A DNA stretch of 64,000 bases, from contig DJJA01000003.1 of NCBI GenBank assembly GCA_002433895.1, positions 575,745 through 639,744 of the forward strand, read 5' to 3'. A program made the position numbers and the translations under genes. Shown piece by piece: positions 39,993 to 49,983 of the stretch; positions within the stretch are counted from its first letter, which is position 1, and each line of letters begins with the position of its first letter. A model generated the notes under the pieces. That model had not been told where the DNA came from and did no database searches. It saw only the letters and a program-made list of their open reading frames with translations. The stretch comes from Candidatus Gottesmanbacteria bacterium UBA6580 (GTDB lineage Bacteria > Patescibacteriota > Microgenomatia > UBA10105 > UBA927).

Positions 39993-40685
39993 ATGATTCA
40001 GGCAATACATCTCATAAAGCAATACAAAGCCGGGACGGGGAGTATCACGGTTTTAAACGACATATCATTGTCAGTATCGCGCGGGGAATTTCTCGCGATT
40101 ACGGGAAGATCGGGTTCGGGCAAAAGTACGCTGCTCTATCAGCTGAGTCTGCTGGATACGCCCACGAGCGGTAAAGTGGTTCTTGATAACCAGGACACCA
40201 CAGGATTTACCGACGATCAGCGCGTCAATTACCGGCTACGTGAACTCGGGTATGTTTTTCAGGATTATGCGCTTATTCCTTCGCTTACCGCCGCAGAAAA
40301 TATCATGGCGCCGCTTTTGATGTTGGGACGCTCATCTTCCGAGGCGTATGTGATCGCCTCTGAGGTGTTAGCTGAAGTGGGGCTTGCTGATAAACGAGAT
40401 AATTTGCCGAGTCAACTATCGGGCGGGCAACAACAACGGGTGAGTATCGCTCGGGCCATAGCCCATAAACCGAAAATAATTTTTGCGGATGAACCGACCG
40501 CGAATTTGGACAGTGAAACATCGGAGCAGGTGCTTCAGACTTTTCTGCGGATTCATAAGCAGGGACAAACGATCGTTATGGTGACGCATGAAGAAGAATA
40601 TACGCACCTGACGGATCGCGTCATTACGCTTTCTGACGGGCAAATTATTAAAACTAAAAAATCCCGATCTCCGCGAGGAAAGTAG
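39993..40685 (+). CDS. ABC transporter ATP-binding protein (LolD/MacB-like)
   Basis: [31 protein letters not shown]. Confidence 0.96.
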   Translation: MIQAIHLIKQYKAGTGSITVLNDISLSVSRGEFLAITGRSGSGKSTLLYQLSLLDTPTSGKVVLDNQDTTGFTDDQRVNYRLRELGYVFQDYALIPSLTAAENIMAPLLMLGRSSSEAYVIASEVLAEVGLADKRDNLPSQLSGGQQQRVSIARAIAHKPKIIFADEPTANLDSETSEQVLQTFLRIHKQGQTIVMVTHEEEYTHLTDRVITLSDGQIIKTKKSRSPRGK

Positions 40686-40758
40686 CGGAACATGGTGTTT
40701 ATTCTTTCTCCGACCGCTTGTTTCGTGGCGTTGATTTTGTTATACTTGCCCATGGAAA

Positions 40759-41002
40759 TGCGTTTGATCCCGGCTATCACCGGGAAAGGCAGGGAAAAGA
40801 AACCCGCATTGGCGGGATGTAGACTTCCCCGGGTACGCCCGTAATAGCAAAAAGAAGGGTAAATAGAAAGAGCGTAACGAGTAAATAGAAGTATTTTCTA
40901 TTTTCTGTTAACTTTTGACTATTTACTAAATTAAGGTGGTACCACGATCGGCACGAAGCTGACTCGTCCTTTATAGTAATATAGATAAGGACGGGTTTTT
41001 TT
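40759..41002 (+). ncRNA. T-box riboswitch, Ile-specific, ultra-short stem I, with stem II and IIA/B
   Basis: TGC-GTTTGA-TCCCGG[CTATCA]CCGGGA-AAG-GCA with ATC at 40776-40778. Stem II GGGAA-AAGAA-ACCCGC..GCGGG-ATGTAGAC-TTCCC (S-turn-like). Stem IIA CGGG-tacg-CCCG. Stem III AGTAAATAG..CTATTTACT. Antiterminator AAGG-TGGTACC-ACGA...TCGT-CCTT. Upstream of ileS. Confidence 0.93.
40963..41002 (+). terminator. Intrinsic terminator of the ileS T-box
   Basis: CTCGTCCTT...AAGGACGGG stem followed by a T7 run; overlaps the 3' arm of the antiterminator. Confidence 0.85.
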
Positions 41003-41066
41003 GTGGCAGTTGACGGATTTGCCGTGTTACTGCCACATATGGCGAGAACTGAAAAGAAGTACCATT

Positions 41067-43904
41067 ATGGCAAAATTACAACAGGATAATTTTCAAGAAA
41101 AGCTTGATGTTCCCAAAAGTGAGCACGAAGTCCTGGCATTTTGGGATGAGACGAATGCGTTTGAGCGCTCAGTAAGCGAACGGCCTGCTGATAAGCAGTA
41201 CGTTTTTTATGATGGCCCGCCGTTTGCCACCGGACTGCCGCACTATGGCCATATTTTGGCTTCTACCATAAAAGATGTTATTCCCCGGTATTGGACCATG
41301 AAAGGCTATCGGGTAAGCCGCGTATGGGGGTGGGATTGTCACGGGATACCAATAGAAAACATGGTGGAAAAAGAGCTGGGACTCGTCGGCGGGAAAAAAG
41401 GCATCGAAGCCATGGGGATAGGAAAGTTTAACGACGCGTGCCGGGCGGCGATATTCCGTTTTGATAAAGAATGGGAAAAAGTGATCCACCGGATCGGACG
41501 ATGGGTTGATTTTAAGCACTCGTATAAGACCATGGATGCGACGTATATGGAGTCCGTCTGGTGGGCGTTTAAACAGCTGTACGACAAGGGACTTATATAC
41601 GAAGGGCGCAAGGTAATTTTGTACTGCCCGAGGTGCGCGACCCCACTTTCCAACTTTGAGATTGCCATGGATAACAGCTACAAGGACATGAATGGTCCGA
41701 GTACGATTTATAAATACAAAGTAACAAACGAGCCGGACACCTTTTTACTCGCCTGGTCGACGACGCCCTGGAATAAGCTCGCTACCCCGGCGCTTGCGGT
41801 AAACCCGACCATGAAATACGTGAAGGTTAAACAAAAAGGCGAGCAGTATATCCTCGCCAAAAGCACGGTTGGCATGCTCGACAACGAGCCGTACGAGGTG
41901 GTCGGGGAGTATATCGGTACTGATTTGGAAAAACTCACATTTGAGCTTCATTATGATTTTTATCCCCGGCGTGACGGAGAGCGCGCGGGTGTCGTGGTTG
42001 CAGACGAGTATGTCGCTGACGCCGAAGGCACAGGCATCGTGACACTGGCCGTATACGGGGAAGATGACTACCGGGTGATGACGAAGCATCATATCCAGCC
42101 CGTGGAGCATGTGGATAGCGAAGGAAAGCTCAAGCCGGAAGTCACTCCCTGGGCAGGGATGTTTATGCTCAAAGTAAATCCACTCGTCAATGAAGACCTG
42201 CAAAAACGTGGATTAGTGTACCGCAATGAGGACCGGCTCCACAGTGTCCCCGTGTGTTACCGCTGTGAAACACGGCTATATCACGCGCCGGTGCCGGCGT
42301 GGTTTATCAATGTTGCCAAGATTAAAAATGATCTGATTACGCAAAATGAACACATCAATTGGTATCCGGATCACCTGAAGCATGGACGTTTCGGGAAGGG
42401 ACTTGAGACTGCTCCTGATTGGAATATTTCCCGTTCCCGTTATTGGGGGACGCCAATGCCAATCTGGGTAGACACAAAAACCGCGAAAATGCGCATTGTC
42501 GGATCACTCGAAGAACTCCGTACGTGGGCAGTAGATCAGGATAGCGCTCGCAAACTTACCGATATCCATCGTGAGTTTTTGGATGACCTGGAAGTATGGG
42601 TAGATGATGAAAAAACGGTGAAAGGGAAGCGGATCCCGGAAGTATTTGATTGTTGGGTAGAGAGCGGGAGCATGCCGTATGCCTCCATTCACTATCCGTT
42701 TGAGCATAAAAAAGAATTTGAGCAGTCGCACCCGGCGCAGTTTATTGCTGAATACATAGCGCAAACACGCGCGTGGTTTTATACCCTGCACGTGATGTCC
42801 GTAGGATTATTTGGTACCCACACATTTGAAAACGCGGTGACTACCGGCACAATTCTTGCAGAAGATGGCGCCAAAATGAGCAAGAGCAAGAAAAATTATC
42901 CGGATCCCACGCTGCTTTTTGAAAAATACGGTGTTGACGCGCTGCGGTTTTACCTCATGGGATCGGTCGTGATGAAGGCGGAAAATGTGAACTTTTCTGA
43001 AGAAGGCGTGAAAGAGATATACCAAAAAGTGGTATCGACTACGTGGAACGTATTTAGCTTTTATAAATTATATGTAAAAGGTGCGCCACCCGCCACTGCT
43101 CCGAAGCCAACGCATGTCATGGATAAATGGATATTGAGCAAGCTCAATACGCTTATCATCGATGTGACCGGGGCAATGGACGGCTACGATACGACGCATA
43201 CCTGCCGGTTGCTGGTTTCGTTTATCACCGACCTCTCTACGTGGTACCTCCGGAGAAGCCGTGACCGGATACAAGCCGATGAGACAGGACAACAGGTGTT
43301 TGGTTGGGTGCTATCCTGCCTTATCCGTCTTATGGCACCGATCACTCCGTTTATTACTGAGCGTATGTATCAAAATATGGAAACGACGGGCAACTCAATC
43401 CATCTCGCCGAGTGGCCGGTTGCCGATGAAAGCCTCATCGATACCACGCTGGATACCCATATGGCATTTGTGAGAACTGTCGCGGAGCTTGGGAATGCGA
43501 AACGTAAAGAGCTGGGTATACCGGTGCGCCAGCCGCTTAATAAAATAACGGTTGCTACCGCAAATAACGCGCCGTCTGACGAATGGCTATCGGTTGCTCT
43601 CGAGGAACTGAACATAAAAACTTGTGTGGTGGTCAAAACAGACAAAGAAACATCAGTAGAACTCGATACTACGATCACCCCGGAGCTTCAGGCAGAGGGT
43701 GACGCGCGTAAGCTCATCCGTGAAATCCAAGTGCTCCGGAAAGAAAAGGGTTGTAAGATAGATGAATACGTGTCGCTCGTGTTACCGGAAAGTTACAAAT
43801 CACTTGAAACTTTGCTGCCTCAGATAAAACAAGCTACACTGGCAAGTACAATCACATGGGGCGATCAACTTTCCATCGATACACACAAGACGGGCACCAA
43901 GTAG
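41067..43904 (+). CDS. ileS: Isoleucine--tRNA ligase, type 2
   Basis: DGPPFATGLPHYGH, GWDCHG, WSTTPW, DWNISRSRYWGTP, KMSKS; type-2 C-terminus without the type-1 Zn finger. Start moved to ATG 41067. Confidence 0.96.
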   Translation: MAKLQQDNFQEKLDVPKSEHEVLAFWDETNAFERSVSERPADKQYVFYDGPPFATGLPHYGHILASTIKDVIPRYWTMKGYRVSRVWGWDCHGIPIENMVEKELGLVGGKKGIEAMGIGKFNDACRAAIFRFDKEWEKVIHRIGRWVDFKHSYKTMDATYMESVWWAFKQLYDKGLIYEGRKVILYCPRCATPLSNFEIAMDNSYKDMNGPSTIYKYKVTNEPDTFLLAWSTTPWNKLATPALAVNPTMKYVKVKQKGEQYILAKSTVGMLDNEPYEVVGEYIGTDLEKLTFELHYDFYPRRDGERAGVVVADEYVADAEGTGIVTLAVYGEDDYRVMTKHHIQPVEHVDSEGKLKPEVTPWAGMFMLKVNPLVNEDLQKRGLVYRNEDRLHSVPVCYRCETRLYHAPVPAWFINVAKIKNDLITQNEHINWYPDHLKHGRFGKGLETAPDWNISRSRYWGTPMPIWVDTKTAKMRIVGSLEELRTWAVDQDSARKLTDIHREFLDDLEVWVDDEKTVKGKRIPEVFDCWVESGSMPYASIHYPFEHKKEFEQSHPAQFIAEYIAQTRAWFYTLHVMSVGLFGTHTFENAVTTGTILAEDGAKMSKSKKNYPDPTLLFEKYGVDALRFYLMGSVVMKAENVNFSEEGVKEIYQKVVSTTWNVFSFYKLYVKGAPPATAPKPTHVMDKWILSKLNTLIIDVTGAMDGYDTTHTCRLLVSFITDLSTWYLRRSRDRIQADETGQQVFGWVLSCLIRLMAPITPFITERMYQNMETTGNSIHLAEWPVADESLIDTTLDTHMAFVRTVAELGNAKRKELGIPVRQPLNKITVATANNAPSDEWLSVALEELNIKTCVVVKTDKETSVELDTTITPELQAEGDARKLIREIQVLRKEKGCKIDEYVSLVLPESYKSLETLLPQIKQATLASTITWGDQLSIDTHKTGTK

Positions 43905-44962
43905 ATTGGGTGATACTCGTGACACTGTTGCTCTTGGGACTGGTGGGCTTATTTGTGTTGCTTACCACCAATACCGGACTGTTTTGGCAGCAGCTGTTTT
44001 TTCTCGTCATTGGCGCGTTTATTATTTGGGCGTTTTCGTCGCTTGACCCTATTATCCTCTGGTGGTTCGCGCCGTATGGCTATGTGTTATCGATTATGTT
44101 ACTTATGGCTTCCTATCTGGGGGACCCGATCAGAGGGTCGTCGCGCTGGATTGTGATCGGAAACGCGCAACTACAGCCATCGGAAATCGTAAAGCCGCTC
44201 GTGATCCTTGCGTTCGCAAGAGCGATCGTGACGTATTCACCCCGCTCCTGGCGGTGGTTGGTGACACACGGAGTGCTTTTTGTCATCCCATTCCTCCTCG
44301 TATTCCGCCAACCGGACTTGGGTACTTCTCTCGTGTATGCGTCATCGTGGCTCGCCATGATGGTAGCGGGAGGCTTCCCGCTCATTCTTTTTGTGCTCGG
44401 CGGGATTGTGGGGACGCTTGGTTTTCCGCTTTTTTGGCGGGCGTTGGCGGAATACCAGAAGGCACGGATTTACACGTTTTTAAACCCCGCAATCGACCCG
44501 CAGGGGGCAGGGTACAATGCCTTGCAGGCTATGATCGCGGTGGGGAGTGGCCAGTGGTTCGGTCGCGGGTTGGGCATGGGTACCCAGAGCCATTTACGGT
44601 TTTTGCCTGAATATCATACGGATTTTATATTCGCGACGCTGGTCGAGGAGCTGGGATTTGTGGGTGGCGCGGTGTTGTTATCACTTTATGGTGTGTTATT
44701 GTGGCAGCTGATACGGCCTTATATTCGGGGCAATATCGGTAATCCATTCGTATTTTTTTATACCATTGGCCTTTTTGGCATATTGCTCACGCAGGTAGTG
44801 ATTAATGCCGGCATGAATATGGGTATTATCCCGGTTACCGGCATTACGTTGCCCTTTGTTTCCTATGGTGGAAGCTCGATATTATCTCTTTGTATGGCGT
44901 TCGGACTGCTTCTCGCGCTCCGCCGAAAAGGCACTGGAGAAGGGAGCATTGCAATTGGATAG
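43856..44962 (+). CDS. rodA: SEDS rod-shape protein RodA
   Basis: GSSRW, QPSE.VK, QPDLGT, YQKARI..FL.P..DP.G.GYN..Q..IAVGSG, FLPEYHTDFIF, SYGGS. Confidence 0.92.
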   Translation: MGRSTFHRYTQDGHQVDWVILVTLLLLGLVGLFVLLTTNTGLFWQQLFFLVIGAFIIWAFSSLDPIILWWFAPYGYVLSIMLLMASYLGDPIRGSSRWIVIGNAQLQPSEIVKPLVILAFARAIVTYSPRSWRWLVTHGVLFVIPFLLVFRQPDLGTSLVYASSWLAMMVAGGFPLILFVLGGIVGTLGFPLFWRALAEYQKARIYTFLNPAIDPQGAGYNALQAMIAVGSGQWFGRGLGMGTQSHLRFLPEYHTDFIFATLVEELGFVGGAVLLSLYGVLLWQLIRPYIRGNIGNPFVFFYTIGLFGILLTQVVINAGMNMGIIPVTGITLPFVSYGGSSILSLCMAFGLLLALRRKGTGEGSIAIG

Positions 44963-44986
44963 CCCAAAGCTATATAATATGAACCT

Positions 44987-45301
44987 ATGTTCGCTATTGT
45001 AAGAGTCGGCAATAAACAGTTTAAAGTAGCTCCCAAAGACGTGATTACCGTCGATAACATGGCGGGTAATGTCGGGGACACGGTAGAACTTCCGGATGTA
45101 TTGCTCGTGCAGGGAGAAAAATCGGTAAGCGTTGGAAAACCCTTGGTGAAGGGTGCCAAAGTAACCGCGAAGATCATTGCACACAAAAAAGGTGAAAAAA
45201 TTGAAATCCGCAGATTTAAATCAAAAGTACGGTATCGCCGGGCACGCGGGTTCCGCGCACAGTTGACCAATCTTGAGATCGTGGGTATTACCCAGGCATG
45301 A
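44987..45301 (+). CDS. rplU: 50S ribosomal protein L21
   Basis: MFAIV..G.KQFKV, GKPLV.GAKV.A.I, K.K..YRR..G.R. Confidence 0.96.
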   Translation: MFAIVRVGNKQFKVAPKDVITVDNMAGNVGDTVELPDVLLVQGEKSVSVGKPLVKGAKVTAKIIAHKKGEKIEIRRFKSKVRYRRARGFRAQLTNLEIVGITQA

Positions 45302-46446
45302 AACGAACCGCTTTTATTTTTGGAAGAACTCCACAACTTTCGTTTTTAGAACTTCAGTCTTTTTACCCAAAAGCTACCAGTCCGACCGAAGGTGTGGGTA
45401 TGGTGGAATCTGCAGTAGATGCTGACGCGGTAGTCCACATGTTGGGTGGCACGGTAAAAATTGTCGATGTGCAGTCAGAAGCGGCCGAGCTTAGTACGGA
45501 ATTGTTTTTTTCGGCACTATTGCCGTATGCCAAAAGCGGTCACATAACTTTTGGGATAAGCGCGTACGGCCGGGCGCACGTGTCAAATACACAGCTTGCT
45601 GTCCTCAAAAAAGAATTTACCCAGCGGGGCGTATCAGCCCGGTACATCGAAACCAAACGTCATGAAGCGCTTTCAAGCGTCGTTATCGCCAAGCAGGAAG
45701 TGGTGGAGCTTGTGGTAATCGGGCTACCGGGCACAAACCTCATCGGCGTGACGTTGGTCGTGCAGGACTTTGAGGACTGGAACAAGCGGGATTTTGGCCG
45801 GCCGGCTCCTGACGCGAAGGCGGGTATGTTGCCGCCCAAGGTAGCACGGATGATTGTAAATATCGCGCTCCCTCACGGGGTACCGGATCATCACCCGATG
45901 GTGCTTGACCCGTTTTGTGGCGTGGGAACCGTACTAGGAGAAGCGTTGCTCCGCGGTGCAAATGTAACCGGGAGTGATTTGTCAGAGGCCGCGGTCGCAA
46001 ATTCCAAAAAAAATCTGGAGTGGTTGCGCCGTGAATATCCGGTTGTAGCGCCGCTTTATATGAGTGTGATGGTGGCGGACGCGACACATGTAAGCGAGTT
46101 CCTTACGCCGCAAAGTGTCGATGCTATCGTGACCGAGCCATATATGGGTGAGACGGTCGAAGCGAAAGATATCGCAAAACTGACGCCCGAACGCGTCAAA
46201 AATATCCTGAAAGGATTAGAGAAACTGTATATCGGAGCGCTCAAAGAATGGGCAAATATTTTGAAGCCTCAGGCAAGAATTGTTATGGCGATGCCGGCAT
46301 ACGACACGGGGCGCGGAGTGTTGCGCGTGAAAAAAGTTGTTGACAGATGTGAAAGCCTCGGATATACTCTCCTCACTGAACCTATAGAGTACGGTCGGCC
46401 TAAAGCCATCGTACGAAGAGAATTTTATATCTTTCAAAAAGGTTAA
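45298..46446 (+). CDS. Trm11-like SAM-dependent RNA methyltransferase
   Basis: RD..RP......GMLPPKVAR.IVN, LDPFCG.GTVL.EA, GSD, DAT, IVTEPY.G. Confidence 0.8.
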   Translation: MKRTAFIFGRTPQLSFLELQSFYPKATSPTEGVGMVESAVDADAVVHMLGGTVKIVDVQSEAAELSTELFFSALLPYAKSGHITFGISAYGRAHVSNTQLAVLKKEFTQRGVSARYIETKRHEALSSVVIAKQEVVELVVIGLPGTNLIGVTLVVQDFEDWNKRDFGRPAPDAKAGMLPPKVARMIVNIALPHGVPDHHPMVLDPFCGVGTVLGEALLRGANVTGSDLSEAAVANSKKNLEWLRREYPVVAPLYMSVMVADATHVSEFLTPQSVDAIVTEPYMGETVEAKDIAKLTPERVKNILKGLEKLYIGALKEWANILKPQARIVMAMPAYDTGRGVLRVKKVVDRCESLGYTLLTEPIEYGRPKAIVRREFYIFQKG

Positions 46447-46470
46447 GAGTACATTCGTTCATTTGAAATT

Positions 46471-46728
46471 ATGGCACACGTAAAAGCAGGTGGAACAGCA
46501 AAAGGGAATAAAGACTCCGTTTCGAAGCGCTTAGGCGTGAAGGTCTATGGCGGTCAGCAGGCACTCGCTGGCAATGTCATCGTCCGGCAAAAAGGGACAA
46601 AATTCTATCCGGGAACTGGCACAGATATGGGGAAAGATTTCACCATATTTGCGACAGTCGCAGGAGTAGTAACTTTTATCACGAAACGTGGTAAGCGGTA
46701 CGTGTCGGTCTTGCCCACGCACGCATAA
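46471..46728 (+). CDS. rpmA: 50S ribosomal protein L27
   Basis: MAH.KAGG...N.DS..KRLGVK, AG..IVRQ.GT...PG, G.D.TIFA. Confidence 0.97.
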   Translation: MAHVKAGGTAKGNKDSVSKRLGVKVYGGQQALAGNVIVRQKGTKFYPGTGTDMGKDFTIFATVAGVVTFITKRGKRYVSVLPTHA

Positions 46729-46731
46729 AAA

Positions 46732-47547
46732 ATGGCAGACACCCAACAGATACTCCATTTAGACTTAGATTTGCTTCAGCCAAATCCGCTGCAACCCCGC
46801 GGAATTATCGCTCCTGATTTGCTTGCTGATCTCGTCGATTCCATCAAAGAACATGGGATTATCGAGCCGCTCGTAGTCGCCAAAACTCCGGCCGGATATC
46901 AGATTATCGCTGGAGAGCGCCGGTGGCGAGCGTCAAAGATTGCCGGACTCACCACGGTTCCCGTATTAATTAAAGAAACATCCGCCAAGGGAATGTTGGA
47001 AATGGCGCTCGTCGAAAACGTACAGCGCGTTGACCTTAACCCTATCGACCGTGCATTAGCATTTCAACGCTTGATCGAGGAGTTTGGATTGTCTGTGACA
47101 CTAATTGCCAAACGGATTGGAAAGAGCGAATCGTATGTTTCAAATACGATGCGGTTACTCGCACTTCCTGACGCGATAAAAGACGGATTGGTTTCCGGCG
47201 CTATTAGCGAAGGGCATGCGCGGGCTATTGCGGGGCTCAACGACGTCAAGCTCATGGTAGATGCATACAAGACAATACTTTCTGAGAGCGCCTCGGTACG
47301 GAGAGCGGAAGACCTTGCCCGTCGTCTGAAAGCCAAGACTGACCAGCAACCATCACATAAAATTGAACGTATCCACAGTGATGAGCTGGATGCTATCGCC
47401 AAGGATTTGGCGCAAGCAGTAAACGGATTGGTCAAAATTACGCAGTCCAAGGTAGAGGCACGGTTGGTATTTGTTATCCGTGGCAATCTGGAAACAACCA
47501 GTCACTCCCTTAAGCTCGTGCATGAGCGGCTGGCAGGTAAAAAATAG
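46732..47547 (+). CDS. parB: ParB/Spo0J partition protein
   Basis: PNP.QPR, SIKEHGIIEP, IIAGERRWRA, ALVENVQR.DLNPI, HTH, ISEGHARA. Confidence 0.95.
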   Translation: MADTQQILHLDLDLLQPNPLQPRGIIAPDLLADLVDSIKEHGIIEPLVVAKTPAGYQIIAGERRWRASKIAGLTTVPVLIKETSAKGMLEMALVENVQRVDLNPIDRALAFQRLIEEFGLSVTLIAKRIGKSESYVSNTMRLLALPDAIKDGLVSGAISEGHARAIAGLNDVKLMVDAYKTILSESASVRRAEDLARRLKAKTDQQPSHKIERIHSDELDAIAKDLAQAVNGLVKITQSKVEARLVFVIRGNLETTSHSLKLVHERLAGKK

Positions 47548-47589
47548 GCTTCAGCATTCCTTCGTTGTGAGTACGATTCCATTTTGTGG

Positions 47590-48150
47590 TTAGAAATCGT
47601 ACGTGGGGATCGGTATCAGACCGGCACTTGAGGTTGGCCAATACCGAAGAAATGCTTTGCCGATAAAATCATACTTTGAGACAGGTCCAAACTCACGCGA
47701 ATCAGAACTCCCTGGCCGGTTATCGCCGCTGACGAAATAATATTCTGGGGGTACGGTAATTTCTACCCCTTCCTGTAAGAATGACCCGCCAAAGACCGGC
47801 TTGTTATATTCGTACCGCTCTTCCAGCAATTGGCCGTTGATATAAAATTTTTGATTTTTGAGCATAACCGTTTCACCCGGTAGCCCAATAACCCGTTTGA
47901 TGTAATCAATATCTTTGTTAGTCGGGGATTTAAAGATGACGATATCCCCCCGTTTCGGCTCGGTCATTTTGTAAATGATTTTATTGGTAAGAATATAGTC
48001 GCCGTTTTGAAAATTGGGCTCCATCGAATGTCCGCTGACCTCTTGGGGCGACATGACAAAGAGATAGATCATCACCATGACCGCTGCGATAGCGACAATC
48101 CCCTGAAGAAAATCAAATAACGCCGCGAGCGCTTTTCCGATAAATTTCAT
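47590..48150 (-). CDS. lepB: Signal peptidase I
   Basis: SG.SMEP, RGDIVIF, YIKRVIGLPGE, GDNR..S.DSR.FG. Start moved to ATG 48150. Confidence 0.95.
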   Translation of the reverse strand: MKFIGKALAALFDFLQGIVAIAAVMVMIYLFVMSPQEVSGHSMEPNFQNGDYILTNKIIYKMTEPKRGDIVIFKSPTNKDIDYIKRVIGLPGETVMLKNQKFYINGQLLEERYEYNKPVFGGSFLQEGVEITVPPEYYFVSGDNRPGSSDSREFGPVSKYDFIGKAFLRYWPTSSAGLIPIPTYDF

Positions 48151-48349
48151 ATCTATCCTCAGTGTAGAGCACACTATGAGGGTGGTCAAGCGGTGGAAAA
48201 GAAGATATAATGGAGCTCGTATCAGGTAAGCCAAGTAGACTGAAGTAGTAGGGTAAATTGTCGCAAGGGTGTGAGCTGCGATTGAGCCCTTTGCGACACA
48301 GTATAGGAAAGAAAGTTGGAAAAGGAAACGCATGTTTCCTTTCCAAGAG

Positions 48350-48426
48350 GGACCCGTAGCTCAGCTGGCTAGAGCGTTTCATTGACATTGAAAAGGTCAG
48401 AGGTTCAAGTCCTCTCGGGTCCACCA
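48350..48426 (+). tRNA. tRNA-Val(GAC)
   Basis: Cloverleaf: acceptor GGACCCG/CGGGTCC, D-arm GCTC/GAGC, anticodon stem TTTCA/TGAAA with GAC at 48384-48386, T-arm AGAGG-TTCAAGT-CCTCT, encoded ACCA end. Confidence 0.97.
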
Positions 48427-48519
48427 TATCAGGGATATAATCCCATAACACTCCGTGACGTGGATTACTCGTCCTATAGTTTGATTTTCCTGAGGTTTTA
48501 GTGTATATTTACGGGTCGT

Positions 48520-48951
48520 ATGGCAAGAATTGAGCAATTGAACGAGCAGGAAAAAGCAGCGCTGCGAGACATGATCAAACGGGCGGACAGATCACGTGAT
48601 GTGACGAAATTTTCTTTGATGCTTTTAGAAGCTGCTAAACAGTTCCGCAAAAATCCGTTCCGGTTTGTGGAAGAGGAAATGCGTAAGCTCGATAGCGGAT
48701 TGTACCTCGTGGCGCAGCCAATGACTCCCCAATTACGATCGCAGTATATCGCTTCTATGCCGTATACCGGTAAACAGGAGTATCCTTTTGGATTAGGGTT
48801 GCTTTTGGGAACAGAGCAAGGTTGGCATGCGCGGTTGCGCGTATTGATGGTATCTCCTCAACAAAATAGTATCAATTTAGATTCCGCGGGATTTATGGGA
48901 CCTCGACCCGGAACTCGGTTTGCGCGATCACTTCGGTTCAGAGAGAGTTAA
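48520..48951 (+). CDS. Hypothetical protein
   Basis: 143-aa ORF behind a TTGATT...TATATT promoter-like sequence. Confidence 0.65.
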   Translation: MARIEQLNEQEKAALRDMIKRADRSRDVTKFSLMLLEAAKQFRKNPFRFVEEEMRKLDSGLYLVAQPMTPQLRSQYIASMPYTGKQEYPFGLGLLLGTEQGWHARLRVLMVSPQQNSINLDSAGFMGPRPGTRFARSLRFRES

Positions 48952-49013
48952 CGGCATCCTGCTTTTTTGATTTTTTTCCCACGAAGATTATAATCACCTG
49001 TAGGTTTACGGGT

Positions 49014-49679
49014 ATGAAAAAAATAATTACGACGTTGTTATCTGGCCTCGTAGGAAGGAAAAAAGCCGTGCGTATCGTGGGCATTTTGCTACTCCTTGCC
49101 GGGATTATCTACAACCTCACGCTTCAACAAGACTCCGTATTCCCATCAGAAACAACCACTCAGATTTCCCCAACGTCTATAGCAGCGAGTCCTTCCGCAA
49201 CTCCAGTGGCTGGTCACAGTGGGAAATTGGTAACCGTCGTGAGTGTCGTCGACGGCGATACCATAAAGATAGAAGGCGGTGAGGTGGTGCGCTATATCGG
49301 CATGAACACCCCCGAAACCGTAGCGCCACGGCGTCCGGTAGAATGCTTCGGGAAAGAGGCAAGCGCGAAAAACAAAGAACTCGTGCAGGGAAAGACGGTG
49401 GAACTCGAAAAAGATATATCAGAGCGTGACACTTATGGTAGGCTGCTCCGGTATGTATGGATCGGTGACATGCTGCTCAATGAATATCTCGTCCGCGAAG
49501 GGTTTGCCCAGGTGAGTACCTATCCACCGGACGTAAAATATGCAGAGCGGCTGCTTGCTGCTCAGCGGCTGGCAGTTGAAGAAAAGAAAGGGATGTGGGG
49601 CGGCGAATGCACGCCTATTGTTCCTACGGTTTCTCCGACGCCTATGGTGAGCACCCCGTCCGCGACGCCCACGCTCTAA
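49014..49679 (+). CDS. Thermonuclease (SNase-like), membrane-anchored
   Basis: VVDGDTI, VRYIG.NTPE, D.YGRLLRYV, N..LVREGFA, A..EKKG.W. Confidence 0.95.
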   Translation: MKKIITTLLSGLVGRKKAVRIVGILLLLAGIIYNLTLQQDSVFPSETTTQISPTSIAASPSATPVAGHSGKLVTVVSVVDGDTIKIEGGEVVRYIGMNTPETVAPRRPVECFGKEASAKNKELVQGKTVELEKDISERDTYGRLLRYVWIGDMLLNEYLVREGFAQVSTYPPDVKYAERLLAAQRLAVEEKKGMWGGECTPIVPTVSPTPMVSTPSATPTL

Positions 49680-49712
49680 TTTATACTTTCAATACGCGGT
49701 GTACCAGAGTAC

Positions 49713-49983
49713 AATGCCTCAAATGAGACAACGATCGTCGAGGCGCAGCCGTCCACCTGAAAGTTTATATCATTCATTGTTGCTCACCGTCCTGTATCAT
49801 CCGAAGCGTGAGCAGGAGCCAACGACGAGATTGTATTGCTCCAATTGCGAACGGATTTTTTTTGAAGGGGTTGTACGCACTCGGCGAGATAGAATTCGGT
49901 TTAAGATTGCCGAAGATGTCGCGATAGAACACAAATTTATGGGGCATGAAGTCGTTTATGTCCGTCCCGAGCGGTTGTTATAA
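49713..49983 (+). CDS. Small hypothetical protein with a CxxC motif
   Basis: YCSNCERIF...H...GH; stop overlaps the start of the next gene. Confidence 0.5.

Noticed and set aside
46732-47547. parS site near parB
   Set aside because: I saw no TGTTTCACGTGAAACA-like palindrome (visual scan only).
48151-48333. Long N-terminal extension of lepB (likewise for murE, fem, ileS, rsmH and 34152)
   Set aside because: The extensions run through promoters, leaders or upstream genes; downstream ATGs fit the families better.
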